From: Marinicella sp.
Lineage (GTDB): Bacteria > Pseudomonadota > Gammaproteobacteria > Xanthomonadales > Marinicellaceae
Direction of reading: 5' to 3'
Assembly (NCBI GenBank): GCA_965230295.1
Contig: OZ246001.1
Span: 1 to 64,000 of the forward strand
DNA length: 64,000 nt
Positions within the stretch are counted from its first letter, which is position 1. Every line of letters begins with the position of its first letter. The notes under the pieces are model-generated. The model was not told the origin of the DNA and did not search any database. It saw nothing but the letters and a program-made list of their open reading frames with translations. Below are positions 1 through 13,889 of this stretch, piece after piece. A program made the position numbers and the translations under genes.

Positions 1-2559
1 TGCGCCCAAATCAATTGATGTGTTGAGCGCATCACTGAATACTGGGGTGGTTGGAGAACCAAAACCACAAGCTGTACTTTGGGTGTTACAACAGGCATTG
101 CTGTCAGCCGTTTGACAGGTCCAAGAAACACTGCCCGCATCAAAGCCTGCCCCTGAACCTGAGAAGATCGGCAAAATATCTTCAACCGTGACACCTTGGG
201 CATCGATGAAGCCGTCATTCCTGACCACGATGGAGTAACTCAGGTCAGTACCAGGTGCGGCATTGGTAAGTCCATCGGTTTTGGTCACAATAATGTCAGT
301 ACCGATAACTATTGGGTTACTAAAATCGTCTACCAAATCGCTGGCATTACCAATATTTATGGTTTCCGAAGCATCTAATGTGATGCTTGCAGTGTTGCAA
401 ATTTCATTGGTAATCATTGTCGTATTGGGATCACAATCGCCACCCGAAGAAGGTCCAACACGGGCAAAGATTCTGATTTCCGTACTACTGCCAGCAGCTA
501 AACGCACCGGAAAATTCAATGTGCTGCCTGAATCTTGGGAAACTTCAACACTGATTGGGCAGTTATCTGGGCTGATGGCTGAACCTGGTACACCATCATC
601 ACTGGAGCAGTATTCCCAACATGGTTTTGAATCACCTGCAGTACACAATGAAGGGTGATCTAATAAAGTGGGATCAAGGATATCGTTCAATACCACACCA
701 TTTTCTGTAGGATCACCCATGCCATCCACTGCGGCCCCTAAATCACTGGGTCCTGCATTGGTAACTACAATGGTATAGGTGAAAGGTTCATTGGGCACCA
801 CAGATAAAGGATCAAATGGCGCAACTGAATCTCTTTTACCGACTTTGGTTAGCAACAAATCAACTTGTCTGGCCAAGGCATCGTCACCATCTGTGGCCAT
901 AACCGAAGAAGTGCCTGATACGAGAGGTGGGTTGGTGGCTGTGATTTGATACACCAATGGATCAATGAAAGCATTCGATGCATAACCCACATCAATGGTG
1001 AATGTGGCAGAATCTCCAGCAGCGATATCTACTGTGGTGTTGATCGCAGAATTGTTGGGGCCTGCTGAACAGCTGCTGGCTGGATCGGTTACAGAACAAC
1101 CCCACGAAATGGTGGCAAATTCAGCCACATTGCTATCAACCACTGTGGCACCCACTACGTTAGATGGTCCATTGTTCGTCAGCACAGCTGTATAGGTTCC
1201 GCTTAAACCAGGGGTGTAAGTGGTGGCTGAGTCAGATAAGGACAAGGCCAAATTGGATATCAGATTCAAGGCCAAAGACTTGTTATCAGAAGCGGGTGAT
1301 GTACCAACAGTGACCGAACCTGGATTGGTGGCAGTGACGACATAGTTCAGATTGGCAGTGGTTGCGGCCGAATCATAGGTCACATTGATGGTATAAGTCA
1401 CAAAGCTACCGGCTGGGATATCAACCGTGGTGTTTAAACTGGTTGCTCCAGAATCAATTGTGCAGGCACTGGTGTTTTCATTTTGACAGCTCCAATTGAT
1501 GGTGGCAAATTCAGTCAGGTTGTTATCGGTTACGGTCACACCAACCACATCCGAGGGTCCTGAGTTACTCACTACGGCCACATATGTTTCACTGGCACCA
1601 GGCGTATATTGCGTGGTCAGTGGAGCTTGTGTATTGAGGCTAACGCCTAAATTTGACTCCAACAACAAATCATTAGAATCTGATGCATTGGGTGATGTGC
1701 CAGTGGCATCAGGATCAGTCAGTGCAGTTTGAACCGTATAAACCAAAGGATCGGTGGTGGCACTGGCAGCGTAATTACCATTGATGGTGATCTCAGCTTG
1801 ACCAGTTGCATCTAAATCTAAGGATAAACTTAAATTACCCGTGTTATTGCTGGGTGTACATACACCATTGGTTACGTTGGTACAGTCCCAATCCGATATG
1901 GTTAACCCCGCTGGCAAAGCAGCTTGTGTGATTTGGATGCCATAGGCATAACTTGGGCCTGTGTTTGAAACAGTCATGGTATAGCTGGCCGCTGTACCAG
2001 GGGTATAATCTGCGTTTCCATCAGTTAAACTGACATTTAAATCAGTGAGAGATGCACGGCCAATGGAGGCTTGATCTGTGTCATTACCAGAAGTACCATC
2101 GGTATTGGCTGAAGCACCATTCATACCGAAATCACTGATGCTGACATCCAAATCTATGTCATTTGACAAATCAGTGTTGTAGCCGACATTGGTGAGCACA
2201 ATGGTCACATCATCATCGCCCATTAAATCAATGCCAGTGATGCTGAATGAATCTGATCCGGTTCCAGAAGCTGGACATGTCGAACTACCAGCACCACTAC
2301 AACTCCAGGACAGCGAGCTGACTATGGTATTGGGGTCACCACTGAAATCAATATCAATATCAATGCCAGTGATATTGGGGTCCCCCATATTGGGTTTTGA
2401 TACCACAATATTGAAGGCATTGGTTTGTGATGAACCGGGTTCGAAGGTCGATGGTGCCGTGGAAATATTGACCCCAATATCAACTGCAAATGCGGTTAGA
2501 TTTATCAACAGCAATAACGCAGCCGATACCCACTTAAATCGTCTCTCTAAATTTTTCAT
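1..2559 (-). CDS. Large secreted/surface protein with tandem DUF11-like (Ig-fold) repeats; 3' end runs off the window
   Basis: Not in the ORF track. ATG at 2559 (GGGTG upstream) reads MKNLERRFKWVSAALLLLINLTAFA (signal peptide). The frame is open to base 1 (853 codons) and repeats D/NLxVSLTD..YTPG..YT..V.N.GPS..V.D..W.C..C units, e.g. TDIIVTKTDGLTNAAPGTDLSYSIVVRNDG. Confidence 0.9.
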   Translation of the reverse strand, partial: MKNLERRFKWVSAALLLLINLTAFAVDIGVNISTAPSTFEPGSSQTNAFNIVVSKPNMGDPNITGIDIDIDFSGDPNTIVSSLSWSCSGAGSSTCPASGTGSDSFSITGIDLMGDDDVTIVLTNVGYNTDLSNDIDLDVSISDFGMNGASANTDGTSGNDTDQASIGRASLTDLNVSLTDGNADYTPGTAASYTMTVSNTGPSYAYGIQITQAALPAGLTISDWDCTNVTNGVCTPSNNTGNLSLSLDLDATGQAEITINGNYAASATTDPLVYTVQTALTDPDATGTSPNASDSNDLLLESNLGVSLNTQAPLTTQYTPGASETYVAVVSNSGPSDVVGVTVTDNNLTEFATINWSCQNENTSACTIDSGATSLNTTVDIPAGSFVTYTINVTYDSAATTANLNYVVTATNPGSVTVGTSPASDNKSLALNLISNLALSLSDSATTYTPGLSGTYTAVLTNNGPSNVVGATVVDSNVAEFATISWGCSVTDPASSCSAGPNNSAINTTVDIAAGDSATFTIDVGYASNAFIDPLVYQITATNPPLVSGTSSVMATDGDDALARQVDLLLTKVGKRDSVAPFDPLSVVPNEPFTYTIVVTNAGPSDLGAAVDGMGDPTENGVVLNDILDPTLLDHPSLCTAGDSKPCWEYCSSDDGVPGSAISPDNCPISVEVSQDSGSTLNFPVRLAAGSSTEIRIFARVGPSSGGDCDPNTTMITNEICNTASITLDASETINIGNASDLVDDFSNPIVIGTDIIVTKTDGLTNAAPGTDLSYSIVVRNDGFIDAQGVTVEDILPIFSGSGAGFDAGSVSWTCQTADSNACCNTQSTACGFGSPTTPVFSDALNTSIDLGA

Positions 2560-3055
2560 GTCACCCTTTCTTTTGTATTACAATGATTTTTAAGAATCTC
2601 ACCTAAGGTCTTAATATCACGTATTTATATTGCAGATATTGATCAGATCAATAGTCAATTTTTTACCCCTTGTAAATGACAATTCAACCTAGAAAGTTAA
2701 ATTATTTTCGAGCTCCCCTACTCTTTTTAAATAACCTGTCGAAACAATATATATAGGTTATTCATGACACTGCGTCACATCAAGTCTACTCATTTGATTC
2801 AGTTCAAAACACAAAAAAAACAACAATTGTACCTTAAAACACAAATATTTGCCGACTTGTCTTTAATAATGATTGTAAATGATTGGTTCTAGGGCTGACA
2901 ACAAATATTAAAATTTTGTTATATCAAAATACTTTCAATATTTACTGTAAGCTTTTGAAATTTAAGCAGGAATGCAAAAATAATTAACTCTGTAATTGAA
3001 TATTGGCTTTGACTTTAGCTAAAATGCATACAACATCATAAAATTAAGGGGAGTT

Positions 3056-3868
3056 ATGTTTAAATTATCAATCATTACCATCTTGTTATTATCCAGCAGT
3101 ATCAATGCACAAAGTAACAACAGAGGTGGTGCCGTATTATTTGATAACGGTCCCATAGTTACCAGTCTGGGTACAGGACTGGGTGGTTTGGATGAGAGCA
3201 TCCTCGAAAATGTAACTCTGGGCATGATCACTTTTGGAACAGGACATCAACCTGCCGCCAACTTGAGGGTTGCTGATGATTTTGTGATTACTGGCGATGA
3301 TTGGGCCATCAGCACAATTGATTTATTTGCTTACCAAACCGGTGAACCTGCTCCTTCGATCACTGCAGTCAATTTACGCATTTGGGATGGGGTTCCTGGA
3401 GCTGTTGGCAGCAACATCGTATTTGGAGACACCACCACCAACATCGTCAACAGCACCATGAATTCTGGCATCCTTCGGGTTGATGAAAACACGTCTGGTA
3501 TGGATAACCAGAGACAAATCACCATCACCAATGTCACCATAGGAACCACTTTGTCTGCTGGAACCTATTGGTTGGATTGGCAAGCAGAAGGAACCGGTGG
3601 CTCAGGCCCATTCGTGCCACACGTCACCATTGCAGGACAAGACACGACCGGTAACGCCTTACAATCAACCAACAACGGTGCATCTTATGCCAATTTAGTT
3701 GATCTGGGCACATTCACATCACAAGGCATACCTTTCATCATCAACGGCAGCATCCAAGGCAGCGCACCGGTATCCGTACCAGTAAATAGTCCATGGGGAC
3801 TGTTGATTTTAATTGTTACGATGTTATTGGTTTGTGCAATGAAGTGGCACAGATCAAATAAATTTTAA
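3056..3868 (+). CDS. Secreted protein with IPTL-CTERM (exosortase-type) sorting signal
   Basis: RBS GGGGAG; signal peptide ending SINA; C-terminal VPVNSPWGLLILIVTMLLV plus basic tail. Confidence 0.85.
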   Translation: MFKLSIITILLLSSSINAQSNNRGGAVLFDNGPIVTSLGTGLGGLDESILENVTLGMITFGTGHQPAANLRVADDFVITGDDWAISTIDLFAYQTGEPAPSITAVNLRIWDGVPGAVGSNIVFGDTTTNIVNSTMNSGILRVDENTSGMDNQRQITITNVTIGTTLSAGTYWLDWQAEGTGGSGPFVPHVTIAGQDTTGNALQSTNNGASYANLVDLGTFTSQGIPFIINGSIQGSAPVSVPVNSPWGLLILIVTMLLVCAMKWHRSNKF

Positions 3869-3920
3869 ATGCACCATTAACCATTTTAATTTTTGTATGG
3901 ACAAAACAAGTTAAACTTTT

Positions 3921-4528
3921 TTATTGAAAGTCACCACGTGCTTTTAATACCCCTTCTTGTTTCAATTTAAAAGTTCGTCGACATAGTTACCGTATACTGC
4001 AATCGCTTCGTTCTTTTTTATCATATAGTAGGGTTCTGGAAACCAGCGTTCAACATCCTCATTTTCTAATTCAGAAAGATCAAATGTGACTGGATTCATG
4101 AATTCGATCCTTTCTGGTTTTATGGTCGTGTTTTCGTTATATGAATGGTTGTAATCGTAGGTGGAATACGTACCAGCCCATCTACCATGTTTAGCTTTAT
4201 ATAGAGGAGTATATTGGTATTTAGAATGATAGTAACGTCCTTCATGTTTTATAAGATATAAAAGCACATGGTCATACTCTGAAAATGGAGGTTCACCATA
4301 GTGATCAAAAACTGTAAATTCAACTTCCTCACTGGTGTATGATCCTCGATACACATCTAATACCCTGTACTGTGCTAAAAATTGACTATCAAGCGATATT
4401 TGGCCATCTTCTGCTTGTACCGAACTTAACTTAATTTTTTCCCCTATAAAAACCAAATACTCACTGCTTTTATTTTCTGAATGTTATGAAAATGAAATAA
4501 ATAACAGTAAAAAAGTAAGAACTCTCAA
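3921..4528 (-). pseudogene. Disrupted secreted hypothetical protein (nonsense codon in the signal peptide, probable C-terminal frameshift)
   Basis: AAGGAG RBS then TTG at 4528 gives MRVLTFLLLFISFS*HSENKSSEYLVFIGEK, in frame with ORF 3962..4456 but with TAA at 4484-4486. At the 3' end, adding one T restores ...ELFKLKQEGVLKARGDFQ* (stop 3921-3923). Confidence 0.7.
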
Positions 4529-4721
4529 ATTAACTCCTTAAATCACGAATATATTATTAAGGGGGAATAAATATCATTTGTCTTCTGAATTCAAAGACAA
4601 AGACACCCCATATTTACAGATAATAGCATACCTTACTGACTTATGAGATATATAGAACTTGTTGTGGTCTTGTTTTCTATAGACAAAAAAACCATCGGAT
4701 GTTGAGGTATTTTCTACAGGC

Positions 4722-4754
4722 AAAAAAAAGCCCCAACAGATGTTGAGGCTTTTT
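4722..4754 (-). terminator. rRNA operon intrinsic terminator (a weaker related hairpin follows at ~4685-4713)
   Basis: Minus strand AGCCTCAACA-TC-TGTTGGGGCT followed by a T run, just after 5S. Confidence 0.75.
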
Positions 4755-4767
4755 CTATTAATAAGAT

Positions 4768-4882
4768 TCTGGCGATGTCCTACTCTCACATGGGAACTCC
4801 CACACTACCATCGGCGATGCTACATTTCACTTCTGAGTTCGAGATGGGGTCAGGTGGTTCTATAGCTCTGTTGTCACCAGAA
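4768..4882 (-). rRNA. rrf: 5S rRNA
   Basis: Reverse complement of conserved 5S motifs (ACCACCTGACCCCATCTCGAACTCAGAAGTGAAA...GATGGTAGTGTGG...CATGTGAGAGTAGG); ends approximate. Confidence 0.95.
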
Positions 4883-5063
4883 AACTGGTTGCTTAAGTCC
4901 AAAGTGTGAACACTTTGCTTAAGACTAACATTTGGGAATATGAATCATCAATCACATTGATTGTGTCTTGGGGTCTTGATAGTTTGTATCAAAATCGTTA
5001 CTTGTTAGAGAAATTAATCATTTTATGAAACTCACATAACTTCCAAATCTCTTGGGTGTTATA

Positions 5064-7931
<2,868 letters not shown>

Positions 7932-8256
7932 ATATAACCCCAAAAAATCTCAAGGTTACATGCTCGCGTTCATAAAATGGATTGATCTGGAACAACTGTT
8001 ACATTGCTCCGCTGGTCTCTATTTAATAACGATTTTTATATATACTACAAAAATTCTATTAAGACGCCATTGACTCAAATCAAATTGATTGATTTGTAGA
8101 AAATATTTGCTCATCACAAATATCTTCTGACTCATATTCCAAATTGTTAAGTTACAAGTATGTCGCTTCATGCGATCGAATCATTTCGACCCGATAAAAA
8201 ATCCTTATTAAGTAACCACTTACTTAATAAAGATTCTATTAAAAACATAACGACTC

Positions 8257-8339
8257 AATTTTGTTTTGATCAAGGCAAATTCAAACGAAGTGTGCAAAGC
8301 GCACATGAGTTTGAATTTAACGAAGATAAAAGCAAAATT
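8257..8339. repeat. Long imperfect hairpin element in the rRNA spacer (AAGGC...GAAG-stem-loop-TGAG...AACGAAG)
   Basis: AATTTTGTTTTGATC/GATAAAAGCAAAATT outer arms, AAATTCAAAC/GTTTGAATTT middle arms, TGTGC/GCACA tip. Confidence 0.7.
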
Positions 8340-8416
<77 letters not shown>

Positions 8417-8417
8417 A

Positions 8418-8538
8418 TTTGCTGCGTCTAAATGCTTTGATGCTGTGTTGTGCTTGTTCATCGTTCGCTCACATACATGTGTATGCTCCCTCTCTCTTCA
8501 CTGCGCACGCCTGGCCTCAAACCATTTATACTTGCAAA
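8418..8538. repeat. Second long hairpin element in the spacer, same architecture in opposite orientation
   Basis: Minus strand CAGGC...GGAG-CATAC-ACAT-GTATG-TGAG...AACACAG, with TTTGC/GCAAA outer ends. Confidence 0.65.
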
Positions 8539-8615
8539 CCTTCTGTTTATAAGCTGCTAGGCTACGCTTACGCTCGCCTATTCATAAACACACGAAGGTG
8601 TGCAAATGGTTTAAC

Positions 8616-8691
8616 TGGTGGAGCTATGCGGGATCGAACCGCAGACCTCTTGAATGCAAATCAAGTGCTCTCCCAGCTGAGCTATAGCCCC
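8616..8691 (-). tRNA. tRNA-Ala(TGC)
   Basis: GGGGCTATAGCTCAGCTGGGAGAGCACTTGATTTGCATTCAAGAGGTCTGCGGTTCGATCCCGCATAGCTCCACCA. Confidence 0.97.
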
Positions 8692-8772
8692 ATTATAGGT
8701 GTTATGCTTTTCATACTATTGATTTAGATAACTTGTGTGGACACCCGGATAAAACATACCAAGGTATTCTTT

Positions 8773-10315
<1,543 letters not shown>

Positions 10316-10543
10316 AATTTTGCGAAAGACATCAATGCCTCTCTAATTTATTGCGGCAAAATCTGTTACGATTCCACCAGTTTGACCACTAACTATATAT
10401 CAAAAAAATTACGTGATTCTAATTATGGTCACTTGTCGTTGTACCTTAAATACATCATCTCCAAGTGCCCACACAAGTTATCTATTACTTTTTAATTTAC
10501 TTAAAATTTACCCCCGAACATTTCGTTGCGGAAGGGATCCGAT

Positions 10544-10571
10544 ATTATCGCCATTTAATCCTTCTTGGCAA
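10544..10571 (-). promoter_or_regulatory. rrn promoter P3 (sigma70)
   Basis: TTGCCA-16 bp-GATAAT with an upstream A-tract. Confidence 0.65.
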
Positions 10572-10646
10572 GCTTTTTTTGAACATTTCATCCAAATCAA
10601 TCGGCTGTGCTTTTTTGCCCTGACCCTCCTTGCGGCAAGGCTGCGT

Positions 10647-10674
10647 ATTATCGCTGAAAAAATTCCCTTTGCAA
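10647..10674 (-). promoter_or_regulatory. rrn promoter P2 (sigma70)
   Basis: TTGCAA-16 bp-GATAAT, GC-rich discriminator ACGCAGCC, A-rich UP region. Confidence 0.75.
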
Positions 10675-10759
10675 GTCTTTTTTTCAATTAATTTTATTTA
10701 ATCAAAATCAACCCCAAAAGTCCCCGTCAATCACTCACGTCATTCACAAGAGGATGCGA

Positions 10760-10787
10760 ATTATAGCCGCACTTTTCTCCCTGTAAA
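10760..10787 (-). promoter_or_regulatory. rrn promoter P1 (sigma70)
   Basis: TTTACA-16 bp-TATAAT followed by TCGCATCC. Confidence 0.75.
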
Positions 10788-10895
10788 CCCCTTTATGACA
10801 AATTAGTGAAATTAATTTTGTAGACTTGAGGAACACATTTTCCCAAACCCATATATATGGGTGTTTCAGCTGAAATCAGGCAACCAACGCAAGCA

Positions 10896-11861
10896 TCATT
10901 TCTGACATGTGATGATGACCCTTTTGGGAGGCGGATGTCCCTCAACCGTTTGGCTTTGGCCAGCAGCAAGGAATTCAGGCAGTGAATGGAATCGCATCCA
11001 TTCAGTAGATCTTTGTTCATCTGTGGTGGTGGTTGACACATCTATGACCTGGATGTTTTCAAAACCCACTTTTTGCAACCACAAACTCAGCATGTCTACA
11101 CTGGGCAAAAACCACACATTGCGCATTTGTGCGTATCGACCCTGAGGTACTAAACAGGTTTGACTGTCTCCATCAACCACCAGAGTTTCCATCACCAAAG
11201 TGCCTTGTGGACTTAAAAAGCTTTTTAATTGTTCCAAATGTTCGATGGGAGATTTTCTGTGGTAAAGAATGCCCATTGAAAACACGACATCAAAACAACG
11301 CATGTTTGCTGGTAAATCCTGAACCTTCAGTGGCAACACAACTGCACCCGTTTTGGCGTATTTTTCAACAGCCCAAAATTGCACGTTCTGCAACAAGCCA
11401 GGTTCGATTCCCAACATCAAGCGAGGTTGGTGCTCCGCCATTTTCAACAGGTAATATCCATTGCCACAGCCCACATCTAGAATGGTGCGGTTTTTAAGGT
11501 CAGGTATCCCTGATAACAATCGCTGCCATTTATAGTCTGAACGCCATTCTGCATCCACATAGCATGAACCGACTTGAAACGGTCCTTTTCTCCATGGATG
11601 CAAATCAGTCAAGGCCTTTTCAATCAAAGACTCTTCTTCACACGGATTGGTTAAATTTATGGTCACGGCTGGCTGACCAGGAACCAGAGCGGTGTCACTG
11701 AGCTCTGGCAAGCTGTCATATGCTGTAATCCACCTTGACAAATCACCTTGGTTGATTTGGCTGATGGCAGTTTCAGTGATTTTCTGTAGGGTATTTGCCA
11801 CATTGCCAAATGGCGAATCTTGCAGCACAGGCCAGAACGGAGCCAGCTTTTCTTTAAACAT
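10896..11861 (-). CDS. cmoB: tRNA 5-methoxyuridine(34)/uridine 5-oxyacetic acid(34) synthase CmoB
   Basis: PWRKGPF, AEWRSDYKW, LDVGCGNGY, RYAQMRNVWFLPS; start moved to ATG 11861, just after the cmoA stop. Confidence 0.93.
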   Translation of the reverse strand: MFKEKLAPFWPVLQDSPFGNVANTLQKITETAISQINQGDLSRWITAYDSLPELSDTALVPGQPAVTINLTNPCEEESLIEKALTDLHPWRKGPFQVGSCYVDAEWRSDYKWQRLLSGIPDLKNRTILDVGCGNGYYLLKMAEHQPRLMLGIEPGLLQNVQFWAVEKYAKTGAVVLPLKVQDLPANMRCFDVVFSMGILYHRKSPIEHLEQLKSFLSPQGTLVMETLVVDGDSQTCLVPQGRYAQMRNVWFLPSVDMLSLWLQKVGFENIQVIDVSTTTTDEQRSTEWMRFHSLPEFLAAGQSQTVEGHPPPKRVIITCQK

Positions 11862-11862
11862 G

Positions 11863-12576
11863 TTATTTGACAGCCACGATAGAGATGAAATTAAACGCCT
11901 TGAACCAAACTTCTGTCTTCTTAAATCCTGCGTCATGCAAACGCTGTTTCCAGATCTCCAATGTGTCAGGCTTCAATGAATCTTCGAGCGCTTGTCGTTT
12001 TTGAGCAATTTCCATATCAGAATAGCCATTGACTTTTTTATAGCCATGGTAATAATCAATCATGCTTTGTGATGATTGAATTTTTTCAGAGAGCACAAAG
12101 ACCCCACCCTTGTTCAATCCATCATAAACTCTGCCACACATGCCTTCCCTACTTTCAACCGGCATGAATTGCAAAGTGAAATTACTGACCACCATACTGG
12201 CGTTTTCGATTTCAATTGTGGCCACATCTGCCAGCCATGATTTGATGCGGTTGTTTAACTGCAGCTGCGATAAATGTTCATTCAATGAATCAATCATGGG
12301 ACTGGAGTTATCGATGGCATGGATTTCAACCGATTGAGCACCGATGGCCTGATCTATGGTTAGTGACACAGCTCCTAATGAGGCACCCAAATCATAGACT
12401 CGGGTATCAGGCTGAACATATTTCATGGCCATCATGGCTGTACCTTTTAATATGGTGTCGTACCCTGGCACAGAGCGCTTGATCATATCCGGAAACACCG
12501 AGACCACTTTTTCATCAAAAGCAAACGCCTTGATGTCAGTGTAAGGTTCAGAAAATATGTCGTCTTTATGGCTCAT
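11863..12576 (-). CDS. cmoA: Carboxy-S-adenosyl-L-methionine synthase CmoA
   Basis: FAFDEKVVSVFPDMIKRSVPGY, YDLGASLG, NFTLQF, YSDMEIAQKRQALE. Confidence 0.95.
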   Translation of the reverse strand: MSHKDDIFSEPYTDIKAFAFDEKVVSVFPDMIKRSVPGYDTILKGTAMMAMKYVQPDTRVYDLGASLGAVSLTIDQAIGAQSVEIHAIDNSSPMIDSLNEHLSQLQLNNRIKSWLADVATIEIENASMVVSNFTLQFMPVESREGMCGRVYDGLNKGGVFVLSEKIQSSQSMIDYYHGYKKVNGYSDMEIAQKRQALEDSLKPDTLEIWKQRLHDAGFKKTEVWFKAFNFISIVAVK

Positions 12577-12616
12577 GATTTGGCATTCATGTTTGCAAGT
12601 TATGAGGACTTAATCA

Positions 12617-12961
12617 TCAGCCTGGAGGCCAAAGCATTTGTCGGCCTGCCAAGAAATGCATGTGTATATGGAACACCGTTTGACCACCGTTTTCATTACA
12701 GTTCATTACAATGCGGTAACCACTTTCGGCCACGCCTATTTCTGCAGCGTAGTTTTTAACGGCCAAATGAATCTTTTTTAAATAATCCACATTGGTTTCA
12801 TCGACATCATTGAGTGTCGCAATGCGAATTTTCGGAATAAACAACACGTGGATAGGTGCTTGTGGGTTCACATCTTTGAACCCCAGCACATCTTCATCTT
12901 CATAGACGATGTCGGCAGGAATTTCTTTACTCAAAATCAAATCAAAAATGGTCGGTTCCAT
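12617..12961 (-). CDS. hinT: Histidine triad nucleotide-binding protein (HinT family)
   Basis: GQTVFHIHMHFLAGR, WPPG end. Confidence 0.9.
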   Translation of the reverse strand: MEPTIFDLILSKEIPADIVYEDEDVLGFKDVNPQAPIHVLFIPKIRIATLNDVDETNVDYLKKIHLAVKNYAAEIGVAESGYRIVMNCNENGGQTVFHIHMHFLAGRQMLWPPG

Positions 12962-12969
12962 AGCTGCTC

Positions 12970-13557
12970 CTATAAATGTGTTCGGCTGGCAAATGCATGT
13001 GCCAAGGTGCTGTTATCTATGTATTCAAGATCACCTCCCAATGGCACCCCATGAGCCAGGCGAGTGGCCTTGATACCGCCTTGCTCTGCCATGTGGGCTA
13101 AATATTGTGCAGTGGTTTCACCCTCCAGCGTTGAACCGGTGGCAATGATCATTTCAACACACTCAGGTTTAGACAGCATGTCTACCAGTTTATCTAGCTT
13201 TAAATCCTTTGGACCCACGCCATCAATTGGGGACAGTTTTCCATGTAACACAAAATACTTGCCGTTGAAATCAGTGGCACTTTCGATGTGAATGATGTCT
13301 GCAGGCGTTTCCACCACACAGACTTGATTGTATGGCCTGTTTGCATTGGCACACAGTTTACAGATGTCGTTTTCAGTCAGGGTGCGGCAAATTTGACACT
13401 CACCAATTTTTTCAATGGCCAACTGCAATGTTTCTGCCAGATTCTTACCACCGGACTGGTCTTTTTGTAACAGATGGAATGTCAGTCTTTGTGCGGTCTT
13501 TGGGCCAACGCCAGGCAGTATCTGTAACGCTGACATCAAGTCACTGATTAATGACAT
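12970..13557 (-). CDS. recR: Recombination mediator RecR
   Basis: LPGVGPKTAQRL, C4 zinc finger, Toprim domain, RLAHGVPLGGDLEY. Confidence 0.96.
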   Translation of the reverse strand: MSLISDLMSALQILPGVGPKTAQRLTFHLLQKDQSGGKNLAETLQLAIEKIGECQICRTLTENDICKLCANANRPYNQVCVVETPADIIHIESATDFNGKYFVLHGKLSPIDGVGPKDLKLDKLVDMLSKPECVEMIIATGSTLEGETTAQYLAHMAEQGGIKATRLAHGVPLGGDLEYIDNSTLAHAFASRTHL

Positions 13558-13564
13558 GACAACA

Positions 13565-13888
13565 TCAAAATGGCATTTTAAAACCAGGCGGCAGGTTTAA
13601 ACCTTCAGTTAACCCGCCCAGATTGTCTTTTTGTAAGTCAGCGATCTTATTCAGGGCATCGTTGAAAGCAGCGATCAGCAAGTCTTCTAACATTTCGTGA
13701 TCGCCATCAATCATGTCATGATCAATCTTGATGCCTTTGACTTGTTGTTGGCCATTCATCGTTATTTTGACAATGTCTCCACCAGCAGATCCCACGACTT
13801 CTTTGTTAGCCATTTCTTGTTGTGCTTGTTGCATTTGTTCTTGCATTTTTTGCACTTGCTGCATCATGTTACCGAGTGTGCCTTTCAT
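13565..13888 (-). CDS. ybaB: YbaB/EbfC nucleoid-associated protein
   Basis: QKMQEQM..GSAGG..EMLEDLLIAAFNDA..LPPGFKMPF; dnaX-ybaB-recR synteny; ATG at 13888 with AGGTG RBS. Confidence 0.93.
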   Translation of the reverse strand: MKGTLGNMMQQVQKMQEQMQQAQQEMANKEVVGSAGGDIVKITMNGQQQVKGIKIDHDMIDGDHEMLEDLLIAAFNDALNKIADLQKDNLGGLTEGLNLPPGFKMPF

Positions 13889-13889
13889 A

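Noticed and set aside
196-2593. Plus-strand ORFs at the window start
   Set aside because: Antisense shadows of the long minus-strand DUF11 gene
2763-2779. CRP site
   Set aside because: The TCACA half is present, but the left half and spacing do not fit TGTGA-N6-TCACA
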